Assembly (NCBI GenBank): GCA_963800555.1
Contig: CAWDBH010000005.1
Span: forward strand, 12,313 to 76,312
DNA length: 64,000 nt
Origin: an uncultured Candidatus Micrarchaeota archaeon
GTDB lineage: Archaea; Micrarchaeota; Micrarchaeia; Anstonellales; Bilamarchaeaceae
Direction of reading: 5' to 3'
The position numbers were made by a program, and so were the translations under genes. Positions 26,901 to 34,918 of the stretch are shown piece by piece. Within the stretch, counting starts at the first letter, position 1. Each line of letters opens with the position of its first letter. Below the pieces are notes generated by a model. It did not search any database and was not told where the DNA came from. It was given only the letters and a program-made list of their open reading frames with translations.

Positions 26901-27626
26901 ATGGTTAATTCGAAAAAGATCGTGTTTTTGAACCACCGGGCAGGTTATCTGGATGCGCGGAAATTAGCGGCAGATAAAGGCATGAAACTGGCCTCCAATG
27001 TTTTGCATGACGATTATCTTGTCAGGACGAACAGATGGAGGATGGCATGGCCATATTCGCCCTATGATCGGATGCCGCATTGGGCATGGGCAAGGGAAGT
27101 GCTCGTTTATCCGGCGCCAGGATTGGAGTTCATAAAGGGGAAGGATGTCTTCGATTCTAATACGCAATGGTGTCTGCCGGCCGAATATCTGGAAAAGAAA
27201 TATCTCAAGAGGGATCTTTTCGGTAGGGGGATGTTCAGCGAAAGCAATATGGGTCTGATAGTCGATCCGGAAGATCTCAGAGAAGAAGGCGGCCGGATCG
27301 TGGTCATCCCGGCTTCGATCTCGGTACTGTACCCTTTCATTCAGAAAGAAGCGTCTTCTGGAAAGGTGGATGAAGAGACCGGGATCCCGCTTGATCGCGA
27401 GTGCCGGACAGAACTGGAGAAAAGGGTACTTCACAGGTGGAAAGGCAACGGAGTGGTCCCTCTTGCCCGCATCTATGATCCGCATGGGGACTTCAGACTG
27501 ACCATCTTGGCGGATAACCGGGCCGACGATCCTCTCAGGGTGGCGATTGAAGCCATAGAACCGGGCACACCAGAAAAGCCATGGTATAGACGGCTGGGAG
27601 AGAAATTGGGAATCGGCCGGCCCTGA
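26901..27626 (+). CDS. hypothetical protein, paralog of 48485..49225
   Basis: 241 aa. It shows collinear similarity by eye to the 246-aa ORF at 48485: LIVDPEDL/LAVEHPDF, VDEETGIP/VDPRYGIP, RVLHRWKG..PLAR/RFLFRIRQ..IAR and LRVAIEAIEP/LGLAVEAPEP. Confidence 0.5.
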   Translation: MVNSKKIVFLNHRAGYLDARKLAADKGMKLASNVLHDDYLVRTNRWRMAWPYSPYDRMPHWAWAREVLVYPAPGLEFIKGKDVFDSNTQWCLPAEYLEKKYLKRDLFGRGMFSESNMGLIVDPEDLREEGGRIVVIPASISVLYPFIQKEASSGKVDEETGIPLDRECRTELEKRVLHRWKGNGVVPLARIYDPHGDFRLTILADNRADDPLRVAIEAIEPGTPEKPWYRRLGEKLGIGRP

Positions 27627-27647
27627 GAGAAAGCATTCGATATAGGT

Positions 27648-28880
27648 TCACGTCAAAGCCGCTCTCAACCCTTCGAGCACTTTTTCAAAAAAGCCTTCTG
27701 GTATGGTCTTGCCCAGCTTAGGCGGGCAGCCGGCGTTCATCATGCCGCCGAACCTGCGAAGGTTCTCGCTTCCGGCCCAGATTTCCGCGAGGCTTTGATT
27801 CTTCAGGTTACCTTGTATGCTCACGTCATCTCCGGGGCACCTGAAAGCCAACCCATCGCGGCGGACGAACATGCCGTGCCCTAGCTGCTGGCAGGGGCGC
27901 ACGCCCACGTACGGGCTGACACCGTCGCGCTCCACATCTTCGAGCGTGTAGATGCCGTTCTGGATCGCCCAGAGATTTATCTTCAAATACAGGCTGACGA
28001 GTTCGGCCTCGGATGGATTGATGGAATTATAGGTGGAGGCGTCTTTGCAGGAACCGGAAACCATTGAGGGGGAAGAGATGGCGTACATGTGCCTCCGCCT
28101 CGCCCAGACGTGGATGTCGAAGATCTCATCAATGTTGCTCTTAAGTATCGGGTTAAGAATGAGCGATAGCCGTGTAGGCTCGCCCGGGATGAAATCATTG
28201 AAACCCGAGGCTGCGAGAAGCTCCATAGCGCGGTTCCGGACGTCAGGGTAATTGCTGCGCCCTACTATCTCCGCCTGGGTCTTTGGATGGAACGAATTCG
28301 CGCCCATGAGTATAGTGGCGCCGAAATCGCGAAGCCGGATCGCCAGCTCCTCTGGGGTCAGCCCGTGGACACTTCTAGAGATGCGCCCGTCGCCCAATGC
28401 CGTAGCTTTCGTGAATATCATAGGCGTGATGTCGCGCGCCGCTAGGTAATCCAGGAAATGGAGCAGCGTCTTCGTTTCCAGGGGCTCTCCAGGTCCGATT
28501 ATCTTCACCGAACGCAGCCCAAGAGCCTTCCCTTCGTCCACGACGCGCAGGACTTCGGAATCGGTGAGGAGCTCATTGCAGATCTGCGGCTGCATGCTTA
28601 GCGGCGTATACCAAGCATATAAGCTTTCGGAATCAAGGAGCTTTTTGCGGACCTGCAGCAGTCTCGATGTGGGATTGAAGCAATGAGCGCACCTGAGGCT
28701 GCAGCTAGGCCTTCCTGTCATATCCAGGTCCATGGATAGCATCCGCCCTTTCTGCGCGGACTCGGTGAGCACGGATTGGGGAAAATTCCAACCCTTCACA
28801 TCGTTCACATGGTCCGCAGGGAACTTGCCTGAGAACTTCTCTGGTATTTCCGGGAACTTCAGCTTCTTTTGTGTTTGCAT
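27648..28880 (-). CDS. radical SAM protein
   Basis: CSLRCAHC (CxxxCxxC), IIGPGEPL, and a C-terminal Cys-containing region (FRCPGDD..AGCPPK). Confidence 0.75.
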   Translation of the reverse strand: MQTQKKLKFPEIPEKFSGKFPADHVNDVKGWNFPQSVLTESAQKGRMLSMDLDMTGRPSCSLRCAHCFNPTSRLLQVRKKLLDSESLYAWYTPLSMQPQICNELLTDSEVLRVVDEGKALGLRSVKIIGPGEPLETKTLLHFLDYLAARDITPMIFTKATALGDGRISRSVHGLTPEELAIRLRDFGATILMGANSFHPKTQAEIVGRSNYPDVRNRAMELLAASGFNDFIPGEPTRLSLILNPILKSNIDEIFDIHVWARRRHMYAISSPSMVSGSCKDASTYNSINPSEAELVSLYLKINLWAIQNGIYTLEDVERDGVSPYVGVRPCQQLGHGMFVRRDGLAFRCPGDDVSIQGNLKNQSLAEIWAGSENLRRFGGMMNAGCPPKLGKTIPEGFFEKVLEGLRAALT

Positions 28881-28994
28881 GAAGTAATTAGTGCTTCAGA
28901 CCCGACATTACCCTAGTCCTTGTCCAGACAAGCGTTTTTCATTTTCTCCGACGTGGCTGACGCTGGAAATGGAAAGATTAAACGATGGAGAGAA

Positions 28995-29699
28995 TCAGTT
29001 CTGTAGCTCTATTATTTTCGCTATCGCGGGCATGAGCTTGCGCTCGGCTTTCCGCAGCAGCTCTCCTGCCGCGGCTTCGCTGATGCCCATCTTCTGCCCG
29101 ATCTGCTCGAGCGAAGCGCGCTTTGGTATTTCGTAATAGTTCATATCCCCGGCAAGGCGGAGGGCTTCCACCTGCCTCTTGGTGAGGAGGTCTGCGGCGG
29201 ATACGAATTCCATGAATCCGCTCTTCACCAGGCTGTCCGGACGGACCCGCTCGTCCTCTTTCAGGAAGTGCCTCGATGCGACCTTCACGTTATAGCTGTT
29301 CTTCAGTGAATCGAGGAATATCTTGAGGGCGTCGAAGGATGGTGCGAACAGGTGGGCTTTCTCGATCCCCCCGCAATAGACCGGGTTCGAGATGAACGCG
29401 CTGCCTGATTTCTTCAATGCGAATTTCGTCGACGCGTCTTTCTTGGTTATCGTTATTATCTCGGATGAATCCTTGCCTTTCCGGACGACCTTCACGTCGA
29501 AAGTGGTCGAGTGCGTGCGGACGGATTTTATGAACCCCTGGATGTCCGGGCCCGAGACGTTGAAGAAATGCCTGATCGCCTTGCCCTGCTCTCCCAGTTC
29601 GGCTAGATACTTTATCGAGGTATCGGGGAAGCGCTCCGGGACGTCGGAGCAGATGCAATCGTGGTTGTATTCTATCGTCGCGATAAGGGGCTTGGCCAT
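28995..29699 (-). CDS. HTH_10 (bacterio-opsin-activator-type) transcriptional regulator
   Basis: C-terminal LTKRQVEALRLAGDMNYYEIPKRASLEQIGQKMGISEAAAGELLRKAERKL. I prefer the start MAKPLIAT at 29699, which has a TATA-like CTTTATAAG about 28 nt upstream. The longer track ORF N-terminus is not protein-like. Confidence 0.6.
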   Translation of the reverse strand: MAKPLIATIEYNHDCICSDVPERFPDTSIKYLAELGEQGKAIRHFFNVSGPDIQGFIKSVRTHSTTFDVKVVRKGKDSSEIITITKKDASTKFALKKSGSAFISNPVYCGGIEKAHLFAPSFDALKIFLDSLKNSYNVKVASRHFLKEDERVRPDSLVKSGFMEFVSAADLLTKRQVEALRLAGDMNYYEIPKRASLEQIGQKMGISEAAAGELLRKAERKLMPAIAKIIELQN

Positions 29700-29812
29700 A
29701 GATGTATTATGGCTGAAAGTGCTTATAAAGTTATCTTTTATGGAAAATCGTATATAAAAAGGGACTCGGAAACTATGTATTAGTCTTAAAAAGAACGTCG
29801 GTGGAATATACA

Positions 29813-30075
29813 ATGGGCTAGAGTGGGGCCAGGGGTCCCAGCACCGCGCATCCCCTTTAAGCGGCTCGAATGCCCGGGGCGTTCTGCAGTGCATGCATGC
29901 CCTTCGTTTCAAGCGTTGACGCCCTGCCTTATGTGGCGGCGCGATGCGTGAATCTGGTCAGGCCGAAAGGAGCAGCCATAAACGTTTTGAGCCGTGCTTG
30001 TGAGATACAGGGTCGAGTGTAGATGCGAAGGCTCCTTGCATGTATTGCAGTGCAAACCGGGAAGCCCACCCATGA
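29813..30075 (+). ncRNA. signal recognition particle (7S/SRP) RNA, ends approximate
   Basis: The domain IV motif GGUCAGGCC-GAAA-GGAGCAGCC at 29956..29977 has a GNRA tetraloop and the AGCA/CAGG loop pattern of the SRP54 site. A long interrupted helix-5-like pairing joins four segment pairs: 29873-77/30057-61, 29885-93/30046-54, 29894-900/30038-44 and 29901-06/30026-31. Alu-like 5' hairpins are GGGGCCAGGGGUCCC and CCGC..GCGG. TATA-like CTTAAAAAG lies about 27 nt upstream. Confidence 0.65.
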
Positions 30076-30088
30076 TCCAGGTGAGCGC

Positions 30089-30547
30089 ATGATTTTCAAA
30101 GTCAAAGGATGGTCCCTGTTCTTCCAGATCGACACGATAATCGCTTCCATCGCGACGGGGTTGTTGCTTTTGCTCCTGGCTCTCCGGAACCTGGATACCT
30201 TGCTCTGGTTCATCATAATAGGGATTGCCGGGCTGCTAGCTATTATGGTCGGTGTGTCCACATTCAATTCCACCATAACGTCCGCGAGCGTGGATAAAGG
30301 CTCTGTGGAATTGACCTACCTCCTCAATAGGAAACGGACCATACCGATAAAGAGCATGGCTTTCGGAGATGTCAAATACATATGGACGGTCTCCCCGATT
30401 CTAGAGGTCAACGAAGGGCCCGACGCCGTGACATTGGACATCCGACTTTTCGACGACTGGAAAGCCATGGTCACTGAATTGGAGAAGACGAGCGGGGTGA
30501 AGATACCCGGGCAAGAAGGAGTATCTCCTCAAGTACCTATGAGCTGA
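30089..30547 (+). CDS. membrane protein (two TM helices plus soluble C-terminal domain)
   Basis: The ATG at 30089 is preceded by AGGTGA. The longer track ORF N-terminus overlaps the SRP RNA. Confidence 0.5.
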   Translation: MIFKVKGWSLFFQIDTIIASIATGLLLLLLALRNLDTLLWFIIIGIAGLLAIMVGVSTFNSTITSASVDKGSVELTYLLNRKRTIPIKSMAFGDVKYIWTVSPILEVNEGPDAVTLDIRLFDDWKAMVTELEKTSGVKIPGQEGVSPQVPMS

Positions 30548-30565
30548 TGCCCGGAGCGTTCTGGT

Positions 30566-31141
30566 TTATCCGCAGCCGGTCTCGAACCATCCGCTCCATG
30601 GCGCCAAGGAACCCTTCTGCGCGCTCATGAAGACATAACCGTCACCCTGGAATGGGATGGCCGCCCTGCCGCTTTGGCCAGTCATGGAGGACCATGAATC
30701 GACCGAGATGAAGACGTCTCCGAGCGGAAAACCTTGCGATGTGGCGTTGACTCTCAGGATATCTCGGGCGCAATCGGCTGAGATCGAGAGGTTGATCTGG
30801 TTTGCCGGAGGCTGCGGGCACAATGTGTAGTTGAAATCGACATAATCCGGATGGATGTAGGCGGTTGTATTGAAGTATAAACGATAGTATCCGGTCCGCG
30901 AGAGATTCACCGAGGCTGACCCGTTCGCATCAGTGAATAGAACATTGCGGAGACCGTTATATGGATTATAGAGCAGGAGGCGGAGCTGGAAGCCGGCCGG
31001 GCTGCTGTTGTCCGATGTCTGCGCATGCACGGTGAGCACGTCCCCAGGGCAGGATGTGGAAGTTGTGAGGTTGAGATAGCGTGCGCCGTCGGATGCAAAG
31101 GCTATCGCGATCATAAGGATCAAAATGGGGAAAATCCGCAT
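30566..31141 (-). CDS. secreted protein with two CarboxypepD_reg-like beta-sandwich repeats
   Basis: Signal peptide MRIFPILILMIAIAFASDG, and the repeat signature TDANGSASVNLSRTGYYRL. Confidence 0.5.
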   Translation of the reverse strand: MRIFPILILMIAIAFASDGARYLNLTTSTSCPGDVLTVHAQTSDNSSPAGFQLRLLLYNPYNGLRNVLFTDANGSASVNLSRTGYYRLYFNTTAYIHPDYVDFNYTLCPQPPANQINLSISADCARDILRVNATSQGFPLGDVFISVDSWSSMTGQSGRAAIPFQGDGYVFMSAQKGSLAPWSGWFETGCG

Positions 31142-31183
31142 GAAAAGGATATGTGGCGAATCAAATTAATCATATCGATTGGA

Positions 31184-31858
31184 TCAACGGAAGAGGAACA
31201 GGACGCCACCCAGGTAGATCTTCCCGCCCTTGAAAAGCGCGGATATGTCCGTGCAGACGCCATGGATATGGAGTTCGCCGCCTTCCATCTCATCCGCGGC
31301 CCAATTGCCAGTATTCCCGTTCACGGTTATGGATCCGCGTTTCATCCGATCCGCGAGGACATCGCCGACATGCCCGTTCACTATCATAGTGCCGCCGTCC
31401 ATCAGGCAACCGAGGCCGTCCCCGGCGCCGCCGTTCACGACGACATCCTTCGTGTTGCGGTATCCCAGGAGATGGATGGGCTCGGAGAGATGATATGTAT
31501 TGATGACGAATCCGGTATCCGGGCTGCCATTAATCAATGCGCTGAGGAAAAGACCGGCTTTGAATGAGAAATTGCCTTCATTCTGGAATCCGACGAGCGC
31601 AATCATGAACTTTTCGACGTCTTCTGCCGAATGCCCCAGCCCTTCTATTTTGCCGAGCATCTCGGAATAGTGGGTTTCAAAATGGCCCACGGCACCGCTG
31701 GCGCGGCACTCCGACCAGGCTTTCTTCATCGCTCCGACTTTTTCTGCGACGATCGCTTTCTGCGCTAGATGTTCTGCTAAGGGCTGACCTAAGGCCGCAC
31801 CAAGGGCTGGTGGATTCGAATCCACCTTGCCCGTCATCTTCGGTTCGGGTGTTTTCAC
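31184..31858 (-). CDS. GXGXG-repeat (GltB C-terminal / FwdC-like beta-helix) domain protein, paralog of 41276..42100
   Basis: VVVNGGAGDGLGCLMDGGTMIVNGHVGDVLADRMKRGSITVNGNTGNWAADEMEGGELHIHG. The N-terminal domain is shared with the second copy. Confidence 0.55.
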   Translation of the reverse strand: MKTPEPKMTGKVDSNPPALGAALGQPLAEHLAQKAIVAEKVGAMKKAWSECRASGAVGHFETHYSEMLGKIEGLGHSAEDVEKFMIALVGFQNEGNFSFKAGLFLSALINGSPDTGFVINTYHLSEPIHLLGYRNTKDVVVNGGAGDGLGCLMDGGTMIVNGHVGDVLADRMKRGSITVNGNTGNWAADEMEGGELHIHGVCTDISALFKGGKIYLGGVLFLFR

Positions 31859-31995
31859 GTTATAATCAGTGGTAAGATGACATTAAATATGCATCGAAAA
31901 CAACATCGGAGGGGAAATAAGACGCCCGAAACGACGGGCAGGATAAATATGCTGTTTTGGAACGATATTTGAGATTTCATATCATTATCCGAATC

Positions 31996-32079
31996 TCATT
32001 TATCTTCGTCCAGATCGTGCTCGTCCTCATCCTCGTTCTCTTCATCCTCGTCCGGATCTTCGTCTTCGTCGTCTCCCAT
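31996..32079 (-). CDS. 27-aa poly-acidic micro-protein (MGDDEDEDPDEDEENEDEDEHDLDEDK)
   Basis: The ATG at 32079 is preceded by GAGGTGA with a 4-nt spacer. The stop is a TGA at 31996. The ORF is below the ORF-track size cutoff. Confidence 0.45.
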   Translation of the reverse strand: MGDDEDEDPDEDEENEDEDEHDLDEDK

Positions 32080-32226
32080 GATTTCACCTCATTCTTATGC
32101 TATCAGCGATTTCGATGTAATTCATTGAAGTTAAAAATAGCTCGATGAATATTATATGTATAATAGTCCATTATTTATCTATCAGCTATTTAAACGTTCG
32201 CTGGCTAATCCGTATGGTGAGATTGT

Positions 32227-32619
32227 ATGTGCAGAAATTGTGATGAAAGAACTGGTAGCTGCGATATGGAAGGCAAGTGCGGAGGACACTCCTGCGAAGG
32301 CAGTTGCGGCCAGGAAAGAGGCCCTTGCGGCCCGTGCGAAGAGGAAGAAAGCTGTCCCTGCCGATGCCATGAGGCGGAGATGTGCGAGGATTGCGCCAGT
32401 AGCGGGCACAAAGTGAAATTCCTCGTCATGAAGGCGATGAAGAAGATGCTGGTTGGGCGCATCAAAGACAAGCTCGAGAAGAAATACGGCAAGAAGATGG
32501 ATGCCGTAGCCGACAAGGTCTTCGAGGCATTCGAGAAGCACCTGAAGATGAAGAAGGAAATGATGGAGCAGGAAGAATTCGACCTCGGGGAAACGATGAT
32601 GGAGATTTTCAAGGAATAA
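32227..32619 (+). CDS. Cys-rich (metallothionein-like N-terminus) protein with K/E/M-rich helical tail
   Basis: 13 Cys in the first ~55 residues, in CxxC/CxC patterns. The ATG is preceded by GGTGAG. An oligo-T tract follows the stop. Confidence 0.6.
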   Translation: MCRNCDERTGSCDMEGKCGGHSCEGSCGQERGPCGPCEEEESCPCRCHEAEMCEDCASSGHKVKFLVMKAMKKMLVGRIKDKLEKKYGKKMDAVADKVFEAFEKHLKMKKEMMEQEEFDLGETMMEIFKE

Positions 32620-32645
32620 TTTTTTTTATTATTTTTATTATATGA
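32620..32645. terminator. oligo-T/A tract between convergent genes
   Basis: TTTTTTTTATTATTTTTATTA lies immediately after the TAA at 32617-32619. Confidence 0.45.
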
Positions 32646-32655
32646 TTATGAAAAT

Positions 32656-33363
32656 TCAGTACTTCACACTCAGTTCATCGAGCCTTCCCCTGACCGGGCC
32701 GCTCACTTCCGGACTCGGGTCGTTCGCCAGCGCCTTCAGGGCGTTGATGGCATTCTGGTCGCTGAATTGCATCAGCTTTTTGACGGCTGTCGCCCTTATG
32801 CTCCATCTCTCGTCCTTGGTGGCGGCGATCATGACGTCCTCCTGGTTCGGTAAAAGCTTATCGGTCGCGAACAGCCTCAGTTTCCAGTCCTTATCATGGA
32901 GCGCGATGGAGGCTACTTCCGACCCGACCTTATCTCCGAGGGCGTTGAGAGCTCGTATGACCGCCACTTGGATATCATGGTTGTAGGGGCCCCACGGCTG
33001 CACTTCCTCCCTGAAAAGCAGGATCGACTTCACTGCCTTGGGATCGCCTATCTGGCCGAGTAGCTCGACGATCTCGTATCTTGCTGGCATCAGATTGTCA
33101 TACCCCACCGACTTCTCCAGGGTCTTGCAAAGCGCCGGCACGGCTTCCGAGCCATAACCGAGAAGCTTTTCTGCGGCCTGCGCTCGCGCATCTTGTTTTC
33201 CGTGAAGGAGTTTGCTCACAAGCGTGCTTATTTCCTTCTGCCGAGGATCTTTCGCAGAGGCTTCCTTGGCGAGAGTTTCTCCATGCGGCATGTAGACCGG
33301 AAACGCTGACATGCCCGCCACAAGCGCCAGCACTTTCATTGTCCTAAAGTGTGTCATACGCAT
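32656..33363 (-). CDS. secreted HEAT-repeat (PBS-lyase-type) protein
   Basis: Signal-like MKVLALVAGMSAFPV, and repeated units such as DKDWKLRLFATDKL and DERWSIRATAVKKL. Confidence 0.6.
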   Translation of the reverse strand: MRMTHFRTMKVLALVAGMSAFPVYMPHGETLAKEASAKDPRQKEISTLVSKLLHGKQDARAQAAEKLLGYGSEAVPALCKTLEKSVGYDNLMPARYEIVELLGQIGDPKAVKSILLFREEVQPWGPYNHDIQVAVIRALNALGDKVGSEVASIALHDKDWKLRLFATDKLLPNQEDVMIAATKDERWSIRATAVKKLMQFSDQNAINALKALANDPSPEVSGPVRGRLDELSVKY

Positions 33364-33454
33364 CCGTATTTGAGACGCAACAATTAAAGCTTTTATCGGC
33401 CTTCAACAACCGAATCTGTGTTTTTGAACCCTGGGTTTACCTCGTGCAAAAAAA

Positions 33455-33577
33455 TGCTCCGTCTGGGATTTGAACCCAGGTCGATGGAGGACTTCAAACT
33501 TTTTGGTTTTTGATGAAACTTTTTCCCAAAAAGTTTCTGAAAGTCCATAATCCTTGACCGGTCTAGACGAACGGAGC
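33455..33577 (-). tRNA. tRNA-Glu(UUC) with a 48-nt intron at the canonical 37/38 position
   Basis: - Acceptor stem GCTCCGT/ACGGAGC
- D arm GTCT-AGACCGGTCAA-GGAT
- Anticodon stem ATGGA/TCCAT with loop CTTTCA|C
- T arm CTGGG-TTCAAAT-CCCAG
- The splice sites sit in two 3-nt bulges around a 4-bp helix (CUUU/GAAG), which is a clean BHB motif
- No encoded CCA
- The 3' end is followed by T7. Confidence 0.9.
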
Positions 33578-34870
33578 GAATAAGGGTGAATTACCCGGCG
33601 CTAAAGCGCTGGGCTTCCTGCTTCCTTGAAGATACTTGCCGGTTATGTTTATAACGGGTAGTGGTCCCTTCTCCGCAGGCTTGACGTTCCGGCATTCCAC
33701 CGGTAGCCTTTGCAAGTATGTTTATCGCAGCATTGAGATCCCTATGCATTGATGCACCGCATGGGCAATCATGCCACCTCTCAGCAAGCGATTTTTTCCG
33801 GATCAGACCGCAGTTGCTGCACATCTGCGATGTGTAGGCAGGATTCACCAGCACGACTTCGCAACCAGCTTCTTCCGCTTTGTAGCTGATCATGCTGGCA
33901 AACTCTGCCCAACTGCAATCCAATACTTCTTTCGCCAGGAAACATTGTGCCAATCCTTCGTTATTCAGGTCTTCCATGGCTATGAACGAATGATTTTTCA
34001 CAAGAGTTCGACTTGTTTTGTGCAAGAAATCTCTTCTCTTGTTTGTGAGTCTCTCATAGGCAATCGCAACCGCTTTCCTGCATTTGACTCTGTTTGAGCC
34101 GCCCCTCTGTTTCTTCGACATCCTCCTTTGGGCAAGCGCCAACCGCTCTTGCGCCAATCTGAGATTCCGTGGGTTCTCTATCTTCGAGCCATCGCTCAGA
34201 TAGGAGAAATTTTCTATCCCAAGATCGATTCCTACTTTGGGTTTCTTGTTTCTCTTGGGCATCTTTTTCTCGAATTCAGTCGTAAAAATTGCATGCCACT
34301 TTCCAGAATGGGATTTCTTTACGGTCAGGGTCTTGATCGTTCCTTGCAATTCTCGGTGTTTTCTGATTGCCACGCTTCCGATGCCAGATAGTTCTAGCCG
34401 ATCTTTGAGTTTGAAACCGAATTGAGGGTATGTGAATGATTTCACCCGTTCAATCGATTTGAACCTGGGAAATCCAGCCGTCTTGCCTGCTTTCTTTCTT
34501 ACAATCACTCCGTATAAGGATTTCACAAGCCGATCAGCAACGTTCTGGGCGACCTGAGAATAGAGCTTGGTATCCTTTGTCAAAAGAAAAAGCTGCCCTT
34601 TGGTTGGAAATTTCTTTGTTTTCTCGTAGTATCCTTTTGTGTACTCAAGCAGGGAATTCCAGAGCGACTTGCATTCGTATAGATGCTGGTCCAGCGACTT
34701 CTCCTCGCTTTTCGAAGGATAGATACGGTATTTCCAGGCCCGCATTACTTTCATGATATATTTACCAGAAAGGTCATATATAATCAAAGACAGGGTTCAT
34801 TTCCGCGGAAATATCATCTGATAGAACAAAATCGGCCCTTTCATCCCATATTTGAAAATATGGGTTTTCT
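33578..34870 (-). mobile_element. solo-tnpB IS200/IS605-type element (no tnpA), ends approximate
   Basis: An upstream 9-bp-stem hairpin CCCATATTT-ga-AAATATGGG lies at 34845..34864. An 8-bp-stem hairpin CCCGGCGC-taaa-GCGCTGGG lies at 33594..33613, inside the tnpB 3' end. Confidence 0.45.
33591..34754 (-). CDS. tnpB: TnpB (OrfB) RNA-guided-nuclease family protein
   Basis: N-terminal RAWKYRIYPS pattern, and C-terminal YTSQMCSNCGLIRKK..HDCPCGASMHRDLNAAINI. The start could be 34787, 34754 or 34745. Confidence 0.85.
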   Translation of the reverse strand: MKVMRAWKYRIYPSKSEEKSLDQHLYECKSLWNSLLEYTKGYYEKTKKFPTKGQLFLLTKDTKLYSQVAQNVADRLVKSLYGVIVRKKAGKTAGFPRFKSIERVKSFTYPQFGFKLKDRLELSGIGSVAIRKHRELQGTIKTLTVKKSHSGKWHAIFTTEFEKKMPKRNKKPKVGIDLGIENFSYLSDGSKIENPRNLRLAQERLALAQRRMSKKQRGGSNRVKCRKAVAIAYERLTNKRRDFLHKTSRTLVKNHSFIAMEDLNNEGLAQCFLAKEVLDCSWAEFASMISYKAEEAGCEVVLVNPAYTSQMCSNCGLIRKKSLAERWHDCPCGASMHRDLNAAINILAKATGGMPERQACGEGTTTRYKHNRQVSSRKQEAQRFSAG

Positions 34871-34918
34871 CGGGTCTAAAGAAATATAAATCAATTCTTT
34901 ACAACCAATTTTAATACA

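Noticed and set aside
28995-29912. The full 305-aa version of the HTH_10 regulator ORF.
   Set aside because: The first ~70 residues are not protein-like (C/R/P/F-rich). A TATA box and an ATG at 29699 give a typical regulator of about 234 aa.
29929-30276. A 115-aa ORF on the minus strand, and the first 22 codons of 30023..30547.
   Set aside because: Both overlap the structured SRP-RNA-like region. The plus-strand gene has a good SD and ATG at 30089.
31957-32148. A 63-aa hydrophobic ORF on the plus strand.
   Set aside because: It is the mirror image of the GAN-repeat acidic ORF. It starts at a TTG without an SD, whereas the minus-strand acidic ORF has a strong GAGGTGA. The case stays formally ambiguous.
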